Positions 16,068-25,980 of a stretch of DNA of 47,073 nucleotides are shown here, one piece after another. Below the pieces are notes generated by a model. It was given only the letters and a program-made list of their open reading frames with translations. It ran no database searches and was not told the origin of the DNA. Source of the DNA: a virus. Lineage: Duplodnaviria; Caudoviricetes. Position 1 is the first letter of the stretch; every line of letters begins with the position of its first letter. The stretch spans positions 1-47,073 of IMG/VR virus record IMGVR_UViG_3300034420_000032. One strand, written 5' to 3'. Position numbers and translations under genes: made by a program.

Positions 16068-16772
16068 ATGCCTCCGAAGAAGGGATCGACACTCAAGGGC
16101 AAGAAGTTGCCGAAGGCGTCCGCGTGTGACCTCGTCGCGTCCGTTCCTGGCGATTGGAAGGCACCGATCAAGGAACTTCCCGTACTGGAAACTGCGAAGC
16201 TGGAGAAGGCTCTGCACCACAATGCACTCGCGGTCATCAAGAAACGCGAGGGTAGAGAAGACACGCCTGAAGTCGAGGCCCGGCTGGACCGGATCCCGAT
16301 GCCTGCGGAGAACCACCTGTCGCGCATGACCCCTGAACAGCGGTTCGTCCGAGAGCAGTTCGTTGCCGAGTACATGTTCGACCACGACTTCAAGGGTGCG
16401 GCCCTCCGTGTGGGTTTCCCGGAGGAACGAGCGTTCGAGGCTGGGAAGGCGTTGATGTCCGAGACTGGCGTTCAGCGACTTCTCCGGGAACGCTTGTCGG
16501 AGAACACCGAGGAACACGGGATCACCACAGGACGGATCATCGGCATGTACCTGGACGAGATCGCCGACCGAGGGCCGACTTCCAGCCAGTCAGCGCGGGT
16601 CGCCTGCATCGGTGCGCTTGCCAAGATTGCAGGGCTCCAGAAGGCAACCGAGGTCAACGTCAAGGTGCTGGGCGGGATCATGCTCATTCCCCCGGTGACG
16701 CCGTCTGTCGACGCCTGGGCAGCGGAAGCCGAAGTCATTCAGGACGAACTCCACCGTGCCGTCCGCGATTGA
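16068..16772 (+). CDS. terS: Terminase small subunit
   Basis: FVAEYMFDHDFKGAALRVGF...A.....LM HTH pattern; SARVACIGALAKIAG; directly before terL. Confidence 0.85.
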   Translation: MPPKKGSTLKGKKLPKASACDLVASVPGDWKAPIKELPVLETAKLEKALHHNALAVIKKREGREDTPEVEARLDRIPMPAENHLSRMTPEQRFVREQFVAEYMFDHDFKGAALRVGFPEERAFEAGKALMSETGVQRLLRERLSENTEEHGITTGRIIGMYLDEIADRGPTSSQSARVACIGALAKIAGLQKATEVNVKVLGGIMLIPPVTPSVDAWAAEAEVIQDELHRAVRD

Positions 16773-18261
16773 CATCCCGGAGGGGTACAAGGTCGTCTGG
16801 GAACCCCTCCCCGGATCGCAGACCCTTGCCCTGACCTGCCCGTGCGACGAGATCTTGATGGCGGGTCCTCGCGGTTCAGGGAAGACCGACGTGCAGATCA
16901 TGCGTTTTCGCCGGCATGTCGGGCAGGGGTACGGTCGGTACTGGAAGGGGATCATCTTCGACCGCGAGTACAAGAACCTGGACGACATCGTGTCCCGGTG
17001 CGAGCGGTGGTTCCCGCAGTTCAACGACGGAGCCGCGTGGCATTCGTCCAAAGCGGACTACAAGTGGACTTGGCCGACCGGCGAAGAACTCCTGATCCGC
17101 TCGATCAAGAAGCCAGGGGACTATTCCAACTACCACGGGCAGGAGTTCCCCTTCATCGGCTGGAACGAGTTGACCAAGTTCCCGACCTCGGAACTGTACG
17201 ACCGGATGCTGTCGTGCAATCGATCGTCGTTCCACGCACCTCCGGGGAGCAACATTCCCCCGATCCCCCTGCTGGTGTTCTCCACAACCAACCCTGCCGG
17301 TGTCGGCCACTCCTGGGTCAAGCGCCAGTGGATCGATCCTGCACCCCCCGGACGGCCTATCCGGACGGTCACGAACGCCTTCGACCCTGCGCTCCAGGCT
17401 CGCCGCGATGTCGTCAAGACCAGGGTCTACATCTTCGGCAGCTACAAGGAGAACAAGTACCTCCCTGCCGCCTACATCGCCGGTCTGGAGAACACGACCG
17501 ACGAGAACCTTCGCAGGGCGTGGCTCCATGGCGACTGGTCGGTGACCTACGGCGGTGCCTTGGACGACCTGTGGGGCTCCCACTGCATCGTTCCTCGGTT
17601 CCGGATCCCGCAGGGGTGGCGTGTCGATCGTTCGATGGACTGGGGCTCGACGCATCCGTTCTCGGTCGGCTGGTGGGCGGAAGCTGACGGCTCGGAGGTC
17701 ATCCTTCCCGGTGGCCGACGGTGGGCTCCTGTCAAGGGATCCCTGTTCCGCATCTGGGAGGTCTACGGGGCTCGCGAGATCGGGCGCAACGAGGGTATCA
17801 AGATGTCCCCGATCGATGTGGCCAAGTACGTCAAGAAGTACGACGAACAGCTCTTGGAAGCCGGTTGGATCCCTTCGCCGGTTCGCCCCGGTCCCGCCGA
17901 CAACAGTATTTGGTGTGTGACACGAACCGATACGGAAACCATCGGGAAAACAATGTCAGACTACGGGATCGATTGGACACAATCGGACAAGTCTCACAAC
18001 GCTCGACCGATAGGTTTAGAGCTTTTTCGGCAGAGACTTACAAATTCTCGCTCTGGTGAGGGTCCGGGAATCTATTTTATGTCCAACTGCAAAGCGGCGA
18101 TCCAGACGCTTCCGAATATCCCACGGGACGAGGACAAGCTGGACGACGTTGACACGCATTCCGAGGACCATGTCTACGACGATTGCCGTTATCGGATCCT
18201 TGCAGGATCAAATCGCGGAGCCCAATCGATTCCGATCCACTATCCGAGCCACGCGAGGTAA
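16756..18261 (+). CDS. terL: Terminase large subunit
   Basis: Walker A GPRGSGKT; FIGWNELT (N in place of the usual Walker B D); STTNP; SMDWG; EDHVYDDCRY. Confidence 0.95.
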   Translation: MPSAIDIPEGYKVVWEPLPGSQTLALTCPCDEILMAGPRGSGKTDVQIMRFRRHVGQGYGRYWKGIIFDREYKNLDDIVSRCERWFPQFNDGAAWHSSKADYKWTWPTGEELLIRSIKKPGDYSNYHGQEFPFIGWNELTKFPTSELYDRMLSCNRSSFHAPPGSNIPPIPLLVFSTTNPAGVGHSWVKRQWIDPAPPGRPIRTVTNAFDPALQARRDVVKTRVYIFGSYKENKYLPAAYIAGLENTTDENLRRAWLHGDWSVTYGGALDDLWGSHCIVPRFRIPQGWRVDRSMDWGSTHPFSVGWWAEADGSEVILPGGRRWAPVKGSLFRIWEVYGAREIGRNEGIKMSPIDVAKYVKKYDEQLLEAGWIPSPVRPGPADNSIWCVTRTDTETIGKTMSDYGIDWTQSDKSHNARPIGLELFRQRLTNSRSGEGPGIYFMSNCKAAIQTLPNIPRDEDKLDDVDTHSEDHVYDDCRYRILAGSNRGAQSIPIHYPSHAR

Positions 18262-19757
18262 TGATGATCTCCACCGATGTCGCAAAGCTCCCGAACGTCC
18301 TGGCAGAGCACCCCGACTACCGCAAGACCAAGTCGTTGTGGAAGATCGTTCGCGACGTTCTGGAAGGCGAGGAGCACATCAAGACGCTGTGCCTGGAATC
18401 GCAAGGGACCTCGACAGGGACATACCTTCCGCTTCCTGTCACCGAGCCGGACACGACCAAGCAGACCGAACGGTACAACAGCTACGTCGGTCGTGCGGTG
18501 CTCTACAACGCGACCGAACGCACCTGCAACGGCGTCGTGGGGCAGGTCTTCTCGAAGCCTCCTGTTGCCGAGTTCCCTCCCGATGTAGAATACCTGCAAA
18601 AGGATCCAGCTGGAACCGGCGTGACCCTGGAACAGCACGCGAAGAAGGTGCTGCGCGACGTGCTCTCCGTCGGTCGTTGCTTCCTGTTGGCGGACTATCC
18701 GGCTCTCGACAAGCCTCTGACCGTCAAGCAGGCCAAGGAACGGTCCTACACGCCAACGGTGACCATGTACCCCGCCGAAGATGTCATCAACTGGCGCACC
18801 AAGATGCGCGGTTCTCGACGCATTCTGTCAATGGTGATGCTTCGCGAGAAGTACTTGCAGGACGACGGCTACGAATGCGAGTGGCAATACCGCTACAAGG
18901 AACTTCGTCTGGTCGGCGATGTCTACAAGGCTCGGATCTGGGAGTACAACGAAGATCGCAGCACCCTTGGTGGAACCGTTTGGGTTACGCCGAAGAACTC
19001 GAAAGGGAAGACCTTCGATGAGATCCCCGGTGTCTTCGTCGGCATCTTCGACAATGACGAAACGGTCGATCCTCCTCCCCTGTATTCCCTGGCCAGTCTG
19101 AACCTCGCGCACTTCCGCAATTCGGCTGACTACGAGGAGTCTTGCTTCATGGTCGGCCAGCCGACCCCGTGGTTCTCCGGCCTGACCGACGACTGGGTCA
19201 AGAACACGATGGACGGCAAGGTCTGGCTGGGTTCCAGAGGCGGTATCCCGCTGCCGTCCGGTGGCGCTGCCGGATTGCTCCAGGCACAGCCCAACGGACT
19301 CGCCAAGGAAGCCATGGACCAGAAGGAGATCCAGATGGTCGCCCTCGGGGCTCGCCTGATCCAGGGATCCGGCGTGGTCCGCACGGCCACCGAAGCGACC
19401 CAGGACAAGGTAACCGAGGTGTCCACGTTGGCGTCTGCGGCCCGGAACACCTCGGAAGCCTACAAGAAGGTGTTCGAGTACTGCTTGATGTTCACCGGCA
19501 GCACCAGCGAGATCAAGTTCGAGCTTTCGACGGATTTCGACATGGGCCGGATGACATCACAGGAGATCCTTGCCATTGTGGCCACATGGCAGTCGAAGCT
19601 CCTCACGACCGAGGAAGCCCGCGACATTCTGCGCAGGGCCGGATTCGCGACGGAAACCATCGAAGAAGCCCTCAAGGGCGGCGTTCTTCCGAAACCCGAG
19701 GGCGAAAAGCCTGAAACTGCGGCGAAACCTGCCGACAACCGATCCAAGCAGGCGTGA
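18261..19757 (+). CDS. Portal protein (DUF4055-like)
   Basis: HPDY...YLP...Y..RAVLYNATERT; PPLYSLASLNLAHFRNSADYEE; position after terL. Confidence 0.9.
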   Translation: MMISTDVAKLPNVLAEHPDYRKTKSLWKIVRDVLEGEEHIKTLCLESQGTSTGTYLPLPVTEPDTTKQTERYNSYVGRAVLYNATERTCNGVVGQVFSKPPVAEFPPDVEYLQKDPAGTGVTLEQHAKKVLRDVLSVGRCFLLADYPALDKPLTVKQAKERSYTPTVTMYPAEDVINWRTKMRGSRRILSMVMLREKYLQDDGYECEWQYRYKELRLVGDVYKARIWEYNEDRSTLGGTVWVTPKNSKGKTFDEIPGVFVGIFDNDETVDPPPLYSLASLNLAHFRNSADYEESCFMVGQPTPWFSGLTDDWVKNTMDGKVWLGSRGGIPLPSGGAAGLLQAQPNGLAKEAMDQKEIQMVALGARLIQGSGVVRTATEATQDKVTEVSTLASAARNTSEAYKKVFEYCLMFTGSTSEIKFELSTDFDMGRMTSQEILAIVATWQSKLLTTEEARDILRRAGFATETIEEALKGGVLPKPEGEKPETAAKPADNRSKQA

Positions 19758-20062
19758 CAATGATTGACAAAATCCGAAAACTGCCTGCGGACATCCGCTA
19801 CTTCCTCGATCAGACCATGCTCGAAACCGGGGCTCGCGAAGCGATTATCCTTCTCCAGCGAGCTTGCGGGGTCGACGCAACCGGATGTGTCGATGAAGAA
19901 ACTGTCGAAGCCGCACAACTCCCCGGAATCCTCGAAATTTTTGCGGTTTACCGCTATGATTTGCTCAAGAAACGTCGTAACTTCAATGCTTATCGTGTGA
20001 GCCACATCGAAAAGATTGGCCGCGACACCGAAGAGGCAAAACGCATTCTTGCAAATTCCTGA
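19754..20062 (+). CDS. Stand-alone peptidoglycan-binding-like fragment (resembles the C-terminal half of GH108 lysins)
   Basis: LPADIRYFLD...G..AIILLQRACGVDATGCVDEETVEAA. Confidence 0.5.
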   Translation: MTMIDKIRKLPADIRYFLDQTMLETGAREAIILLQRACGVDATGCVDEETVEAAQLPGILEIFAVYRYDLLKKRRNFNAYRVSHIEKIGRDTEEAKRILANS

Positions 20063-20102
20063 ACGATAATTATATTCCACCACAACCCAGGAGCATTGTC
20101 AA

Positions 20103-20804
20103 ATGGCGCTGAAACACACCATCAAAACCCTTGACGAAGTCGACGAAAAGTTTCGCGGCGAGTACAAGGAAACCGAGGTCGAAGGCGGGAAGGTCTTCGT
20201 GCTCGATGTCGAGGGCGGCGAGGACGTGACCGCCCTGAAGAACGCGCTCAACTACGAACGCGAAGCCAACAAGAAGGAACGCGCCGAAAAGCTGCGCCTG
20301 ATCGAGGAAGGCAAGAAGAAGGGTCAGGACGTGTCCGACCTGGAAGCCAGCTACAAGAAGATGCTGGAAGACCAGAAGGCGACCCTGGAAACCTCCCATG
20401 CCGAAACCCAGAAGGCTCTCAAGGCGGCTACGAAGGATGTGGCCAAGAAGGAACTCCTGGGCAAGCTCACCGATCCCGATTCGGCGGATCTGCTCGAACC
20501 CCACATCGATCGTCGCCTGAAGGTGGAGATCGTGGACGGTCGGGCGATCACCCGAGTCCTGGACAAGGATGGGAAAATGTCTGCAATGTCGCTGTCGGAC
20601 CTCGAAGCCGAGATCCGCGCCGACAAAAAGTTCGCGGCTGTTTTGACTGCCAGCCGTGGTTCGGGAACAGGCGGTGCCTCCCCGGAAAGAGACGCTTCGG
20701 TCGGTGGCCGAGCGGGCAGTGCGGGGGTCAACCCCAACACCATGACACTCAAAGAAAAGGCCGCTTGGGCGAAGTCCCAACGCGCTGCCCGAGGAGGTAA
20801 GTAA
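20103..20804 (+). CDS. Head scaffolding protein
   Basis: MALK...LDVEG; coiled coil; ASRGSGTGG near the C-terminus; precedes the MCP. Confidence 0.85.
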   Translation: MALKHTIKTLDEVDEKFRGEYKETEVEGGKVFVLDVEGGEDVTALKNALNYEREANKKERAEKLRLIEEGKKKGQDVSDLEASYKKMLEDQKATLETSHAETQKALKAATKDVAKKELLGKLTDPDSADLLEPHIDRRLKVEIVDGRAITRVLDKDGKMSAMSLSDLEAEIRADKKFAAVLTASRGSGTGGASPERDASVGGRAGSAGVNPNTMTLKEKAAWAKSQRAARGGK

Positions 20805-20806
20805 CA

Positions 20807-21763
20807 ATGGCTCTTTCCGATCTCGAAGTCTTCTCCGAAGAGGTGTACGGCACCTCTCGCGAGTTGCTCGACTACAACATCGATGCGTTCAACAAGGCCT
20901 CGAATGGCGGTCTTGTCTTGGTCCCCGGCTCCTTGCAGGGCGACTTCAAGACCGAAGCCATGTGGGGTCGCATCGCGAATCTGGTTCGGCGTCGTGACGC
21001 CTACGGTTCCGGTGCGCTTTCGCAGGTCGAACTCTCCATGAAGAGCATGACCAAGGTCAAGGTTGCTGCGGGTACCAACCCCGTCAACCTCGAAAAGAAC
21101 ATGCTCTCCTGGATCAAGAAGGATCCTGCCGAAGCCGCCGCTCTGGTGGCCCAGCAAATCGCCGAGGACGATCTTGCGGCTCGCGTTGCGCTGGCCATCA
21201 AGCTCCACATCGCGACCGTCGGTGCTCAGTCCGCTTTGGTGAACGACAAGAACACCGTCGCGGCCTCGCTGGCGAACCTGCTGGAAACCGCTGGGAAGCT
21301 GGGCGACCGCGCCGACAACATCCGGTGCTGGATCATCCATTCGGTCCCCATGTTCCAGATCTGGGGCTCGAACCTGACCAACTCCCAGAACTTGTTCCAG
21401 TTCGGAAACGTCAAGATCAAGGAAGACGGCTTTGGTCGCCCTCTCATCATGACGGACAACTCGAACCTGAACTACGCTTCGGGCAAGTACTACACCCTGG
21501 GTCTCCAGGCCGGTGCGGTCGTGATCGAGGACAACGGCGACTACAACGGCAACACCGACGTTCGGAACGGCAACGAGAACATTGCCACCACGTATCAGGC
21601 CGAATGGACCTACAACGCTGGCGTCAAGGGATTCTCGTACAACACCGTCGACGGCGGAGCTTCGCCCTCGGACGCCGCCCTGGCGACTTCGACCAACTGG
21701 ACCAAGACCTTGACCTCCAACAAGGATCTTGGAGGTGTCCTCCTCAAGACCGGGACGCCCTAA
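20807..21763 (+). CDS. Major capsid protein
   Basis: 318 aa; FNKASNGGLVL, RRDAY, KLGD...WIIHS, YQAE...GVKGFSY; strong codon bias; followed by a terminator. Confidence 0.92.
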   Translation: MALSDLEVFSEEVYGTSRELLDYNIDAFNKASNGGLVLVPGSLQGDFKTEAMWGRIANLVRRRDAYGSGALSQVELSMKSMTKVKVAAGTNPVNLEKNMLSWIKKDPAEAAALVAQQIAEDDLAARVALAIKLHIATVGAQSALVNDKNTVAASLANLLETAGKLGDRADNIRCWIIHSVPMFQIWGSNLTNSQNLFQFGNVKIKEDGFGRPLIMTDNSNLNYASGKYYTLGLQAGAVVIEDNGDYNGNTDVRNGNENIATTYQAEWTYNAGVKGFSYNTVDGGASPSDAALATSTNWTKTLTSNKDLGGVLLKTGTP

Positions 21764-21783
21764 TTGGCAACGGTTGTCTTTCA

Positions 21784-21809
21784 GGGGGAGGGTAACGCCT
21801 CCCCTTTTT
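21784..21809 (+). terminator. Intrinsic terminator after the MCP gene
   Basis: GGGGAGG/CCTCCCC followed by TTTTT. Confidence 0.8.
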
Positions 21810-21831
21810 CATTTCCACGAAAGGAAACTCG

Positions 21832-22464
21832 ATGACTCTCTGGCGGAAAATTTCCGACAACACTCTCCACATGACCATCACCGCGACGGGGACCTACGAA
21901 CCCGTGAACGAAACCGGCAAGTCCTACGAGCTGGAATGCGTGATGGCGAGCGCCGGTCAGAGCGCGACCGTGCAGTTGAAGATGGGTCGCACCGATCCGA
22001 TCGTCAACGGCACTTGGACCAAGATGGTTCTCGACGGCGTCACCAAGCAGACCATGAGCGACCCTTCCGGACGCAACGTGGTCTTCGGACTGGCCCGAGT
22101 CCCCGTCCTGGTCGTCAGCGCCATTTCCGGTACCCTGACGGCGACGATGGTGGATCAGGCCCCCGTTGTGGACACCTCGTACTTCATCTTCACGGCAGGT
22201 TCCACCTATGCCTCCGAAGCGAAGTACCAGGAGTTCCGAGGCGCGACCCTGACCTCCCAGTCGCTTCCTTCCATGGTCGGATCCAAGACCGAGTACGTGT
22301 TCCGGAACTCGGGATCCTCGATCCTCTCGCTGAACAGGAACCCGTTGTCGGCCCACGACACGCTCCTGTCCGGCGCGAACACCGTGACCATGCTTTCCCT
22401 CAACCCCGGCTACAGCGTCAGGATCTTTGATGCTGCTGCGGGCCGTGGAATGGACATCGCGTAA
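21832..22464 (+). CDS. Putative virion (head decoration) protein
   Basis: Beta-rich Thr/Ser/Val composition; lies between MCP and adaptor. Confidence 0.55.
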   Translation: MTLWRKISDNTLHMTITATGTYEPVNETGKSYELECVMASAGQSATVQLKMGRTDPIVNGTWTKMVLDGVTKQTMSDPSGRNVVFGLARVPVLVVSAISGTLTATMVDQAPVVDTSYFIFTAGSTYASEAKYQEFRGATLTSQSLPSMVGSKTEYVFRNSGSSILSLNRNPLSAHDTLLSGANTVTMLSLNPGYSVRIFDAAAGRGMDIA

Positions 22465-23015
22465 TGGAAATGCTCCAGGTGTACTCAGAAACGAAACTCC
22501 TGGGGCTTTCTAGGGCTGGGGCTTCGGCCCCTACCCTGAAAACTTACAAGACCGTCGCAGGATCGCCCGCCGCGACGGAACTCTTCGCTTTCGCCGCGAA
22601 CGCTGTCAACAAGCTGACCGCAACGGACGACATGAGTCATGAGTGGAAAGAAGGGACTCCGATTGAAGTCCACATCCACTGGAACGTGCTCCCGTCCGAC
22701 AACATCGCAGCAGGTGACGTGAAGTTCTTCGCTGCAATTTCTGTCGCAGATTGGAACGATGGATCGACCTACGAAGACTTCCTCCTGACTGCGATCGACC
22801 ATGTTCCTGCGAATTGCGGAGGAACTTCGAGATTTGTTACGCTCGGGTCTTTTCTTCCTGCCGGAAAGAAGGTATCTTTCCAAGGACTGTACTGCTGGGG
22901 TCGCGAAGGCAATGCTGCTGCGGATACCTGGACAGGCGAGTGCTACGTTTCGTCGTTCGCGATCCACTGGAAAAAAGACACGAACGGCTCAACTTCTCAG
23001 TACGTGAAGGTATAA
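22464..23015 (+). CDS. Putative virion beta-sandwich protein
   Basis: MSHEWKEGTPIEVHIHW...GDVKF motif; TAATG coupling. Confidence 0.55.
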   Translation: MEMLQVYSETKLLGLSRAGASAPTLKTYKTVAGSPAATELFAFAANAVNKLTATDDMSHEWKEGTPIEVHIHWNVLPSDNIAAGDVKFFAAISVADWNDGSTYEDFLLTAIDHVPANCGGTSRFVTLGSFLPAGKKVSFQGLYCWGREGNAAADTWTGECYVSSFAIHWKKDTNGSTSQYVKV

Positions 23016-23016
23016 C

Positions 23017-23349
23017 ATGGCCTTGAAAGATCTCCTCCCTCAACCCGAGCCCGAAAACAAGATCCTGATCTTCATCGACGGGCCGTTCCCGAGCGAGAAG
23101 GATCAGGCTCTTGCCAAGAAGTTCGGTACCACTCGTTTCCGCAACAAGAACGAGGAAGGGTACCGCGAACTCTGCTTTGGAGCCACCGCTGTCAAGCGGG
23201 AATGGGTTCCCGAGTGCTTCAATTTCCTGGAAGAGCCTCCGAAGCCGGAGGAAGTCAAGAAGCCCAACACCGTCAATCCGACCAGCAACCACAAGCCTGC
23301 TGCACCCATCGTTCCGCTCACGCCCGATGACGAACAGGTCGGTGCGTAA
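23017..23349 (+). CDS. Hypothetical head-region protein
   Basis: KILIFIDGPFPS...FRN; in operon. Confidence 0.7.
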   Translation: MALKDLLPQPEPENKILIFIDGPFPSEKDQALAKKFGTTRFRNKNEEGYRELCFGATAVKREWVPECFNFLEEPPKPEEVKKPNTVNPTSNHKPAAPIVPLTPDDEQVGA

Positions 23350-23822
23350 TGGCGATCGTCGTTGAAGACGGTACGGGTGTCGCGGGGGCGGTGAGCTACC
23401 TGACAACTGCGGAGCTTGCGAGCATGGCCGCAGCTCGCGGGACTGTTCTCCCGGCCACCCTCGCAGGCCGGGAACAGATCCTCGTCAAAGCCGCCGACTA
23501 CCTGGAGCTGAACACCTACATCGGCACGCAGGAGACGACCACGCAAGGGCTTTCCTGGCCACGGCTGGATGCGGGATACGACGGGGTGATCCCGATAAAC
23601 CTGAAGCGGGCTCAGTACCTTCTCGCCATCGAGGCGATGAACGGCGAGCTGTCCCAGGCCGTGCGTCCCAAGGACAAGATCCGCACCAAGGTCGACGTGA
23701 TCTATGTGGAGTACGCCAAGGACGCAGACCTCGCTTTCGGACTCCGGTACTACGCCGTCGACTCGCTCCTGAAGCCGTTGCTCGCGACCGGATCCCGCTC
23801 CCTCACGACGATGCGTGCATAA
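23349..23822 (+). CDS. Head-tail adaptor (DnaT-like family)
   Basis: MAIVVEDGTG...SY...KAADYLE...QGLSWPR...IP...AQ..LA. Confidence 0.88.
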   Translation: MAIVVEDGTGVAGAVSYLTTAELASMAAARGTVLPATLAGREQILVKAADYLELNTYIGTQETTTQGLSWPRLDAGYDGVIPINLKRAQYLLAIEAMNGELSQAVRPKDKIRTKVDVIYVEYAKDADLAFGLRYYAVDSLLKPLLATGSRSLTTMRA

Positions 23823-24199
23823 TGGCCATTGACTACAACGATCTCGCCGTCACCGCTGCCGAACTGATCTCGGAGTTCGGTCGAAACGTCAACGTGAAGT
23901 TGCATTCCTATGCAAACGTAGCGATCAATCCTGTGACTGGTGCTGCGACCGGAACGGCGGTTGTGACGGACGAGGTTGCTGTATTCTCGAAGCTCAAGGG
24001 TGAACTGGTTTCCGACACCCGCATGGTCGGAAATTCGTCTACGATTCGCTCGACCTTCTCGTTGATGTTCCGGCACACCACGGTCATCGCCGAAGGCGAC
24101 AAGGTCGAGTGCGAAGGCTACGTTTGGAACATCGAGGCCATCGAAAAGATCCAACCTGGAAACGTGCTGCTCGCGACCAAGGTGACGCTGTGGCGGTAG
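23822..24199 (+). CDS. Head closure (stopper) protein
   Basis: Y..L..TAAELISEFG...GD...W.I; position. Confidence 0.75.
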   Translation: MAIDYNDLAVTAAELISEFGRNVNVKLHSYANVAINPVTGAATGTAVVTDEVAVFSKLKGELVSDTRMVGNSSTIRSTFSLMFRHTTVIAEGDKVECEGYVWNIEAIEKIQPGNVLLATKVTLWR

Positions 24200-24633
24200 A
24201 CGATTTCCAGACGCAGATGGAGGCTGCGAAGGCCAACATCAAGCGAGGGCTCTGGGCAGCTCGGTTCCAGGCCATCACGACCCTGTGTGGCCACATCATT
24301 GAAGACACGCCGGTCGATTCCGGGGCTCTGCGGGGCTCCTGGAGGACCAACGAGGGCTCGGTGAGCACCGAGACGGAACCGCGCCTTGACGAGTCCGGGA
24401 AGGCTCCCATGGCCGAATGCACGGCTGTCGTTGGAAGTTCCAACCTTGATTCCGAGATCTATTTCTCGAATCCGCTGCACTATGCCGAGTACATCGAGTT
24501 CGACGGCCACAGCTCGGTCAAGGCTCCCGAAGGCATGGTCCGCAAGAACCTTGCTCGGTGGCCGGACATCGCGTCCGAGGTTAACCTTTCCGGCAACAAG
24601 GTCGACTTCACCAGTGCCAGGGGGGTATCATGA
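24190..24633 (+). CDS. Tail completion/neck protein (HK97 gp10-like)
   Basis: TPVDSGALRGSW...NPLHYAEYIEF.GHS..APEGMVR. Confidence 0.85.
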   Translation: MAVDDFQTQMEAAKANIKRGLWAARFQAITTLCGHIIEDTPVDSGALRGSWRTNEGSVSTETEPRLDESGKAPMAECTAVVGSSNLDSEIYFSNPLHYAEYIEFDGHSSVKAPEGMVRKNLARWPDIASEVNLSGNKVDFTSARGVS

Positions 24634-25064
24634 GCATCGGCCTTGTCAGAACCGCGATTGCGACCTTGATCGACACGACGCTTAAGGCGTCTCCGATCTC
24701 GTTGACTTCTGCCGCGATCGGATCGGAAAATTCCGTTCGACCGAAGGTTTCCGGTGCCTGGGCTCAGATTTTCTTCAAGCCGAACGACCCTGTCGTCAAC
24801 ACCCTTTCGAGCACCGGACGCGACCGTGTAACCGGCGTCTTCTTGGTGAACCTACACTACCCTCTGGCCACCGGCAACGCTGCTTCCCTCGACGCCTACA
24901 ACGCATTCAGAAAAGCGTTCACGGCGGGAAAAATTTTAGTATCTTCCGGTCAGGAATGCAAAATCATCAATTGTGGCGGGAATCTCGGACGGGTTGTCGA
25001 TTCGTGGTACCGCGCTGACATCCACATCACCTTTGAAGCATATCTCACCAGAGGGAGCGCATAA
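24630..25064 (+). CDS. Tail terminator protein
   Basis: Position before the tube gene; EN, G.F.V...YP..TG, WY...I. Confidence 0.75.
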   Translation: MSIGLVRTAIATLIDTTLKASPISLTSAAIGSENSVRPKVSGAWAQIFFKPNDPVVNTLSSTGRDRVTGVFLVNLHYPLATGNAASLDAYNAFRKAFTAGKILVSSGQECKIINCGGNLGRVVDSWYRADIHITFEAYLTRGSA

Positions 25065-25978
25065 TGTCCGACGGAAGCCGCCACGCACTGTACCTGATCC
25101 CGGAAGTCACCTACGGAACGACTCCGACAACTCCTGCCTTCCTCGCCATTCGCCACAAGGCGACGACCCTGGGTGTCAAGAAGGACACCTTGATGTCCGA
25201 GGAAATCCGCAACGATCGCCAGTTGACGGATTTCCGCATGGGCCAGCGACAGGTCGGCGGGAACATCGAAGTCGAGCTTTCGGGCGACGCCCAGCTCGAC
25301 GCGATGCTCGAAGCCTTGATGGGCGGAACCTGGACCGGCGATGTCCTCAAGGCTGGAACGACCCGCAGATCGTTCTCTTTCCTGCGGGTGTTTGAAGACA
25401 TGGTCGCCGGTTCGAGGAAGTACCACCTGACCAAGGGCGGCGAGATCGCTTCGATGGAGCTGAAGGTGACCGCCAAGTCCGTCACCTCGCTGACCTTTGA
25501 AGTGATGGGCAAGACCCTGACCTTCGAGACGGCTGCCCCGGTCAGTTCCACGTTCGGCGCGTTGTCGACCACTGGTGTCATGGACGGCTTCACTGGATCG
25601 ATCTCCGAAGGTGGATCCGCCATCGCGATCGTCACCGAGGTCTCCTTCAAGCTGGAGAACAACATGGAGCGTCGGTTTGCCATCGGCAGCACCGACACGC
25701 TACTTCCCACACAGGGCCGTTCGATCGTCACCGGATCGCTGACGGCCTATTTCGAGTCCGACGCGCTGTACCAGAAGTTCCTCTCGGACACCGAGTCCAC
25801 GCTGGACTTCACCCTCTCGAACGGGTCGTACAGCTACGCCTTCAGCTTCCCCAAGATCAAGTACACCGATGGCAACCCCGATGTGCAGGGCGAGAAGGCC
25901 ATTCTTCTCACCATGCCTTTCCAAGCCGTTTACGACGGCGTTGCGCTCACTCAACTCTCCATCACCAGGACACCCTAA
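25064..25978 (+). CDS. Major tail tube protein
   Basis: EVTYGTTP, SEEIRNDRQ, VTGSLTAYFE, FPKIKY. Confidence 0.92.
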   Translation: MSDGSRHALYLIPEVTYGTTPTTPAFLAIRHKATTLGVKKDTLMSEEIRNDRQLTDFRMGQRQVGGNIEVELSGDAQLDAMLEALMGGTWTGDVLKAGTTRRSFSFLRVFEDMVAGSRKYHLTKGGEIASMELKVTAKSVTSLTFEVMGKTLTFETAAPVSSTFGALSTTGVMDGFTGSISEGGSAIAIVTEVSFKLENNMERRFAIGSTDTLLPTQGRSIVTGSLTAYFESDALYQKFLSDTESTLDFTLSNGSYSYAFSFPKIKYTDGNPDVQGEKAILLTMPFQAVYDGVALTQLSITRTP

Positions 25979-25980
25979 GC

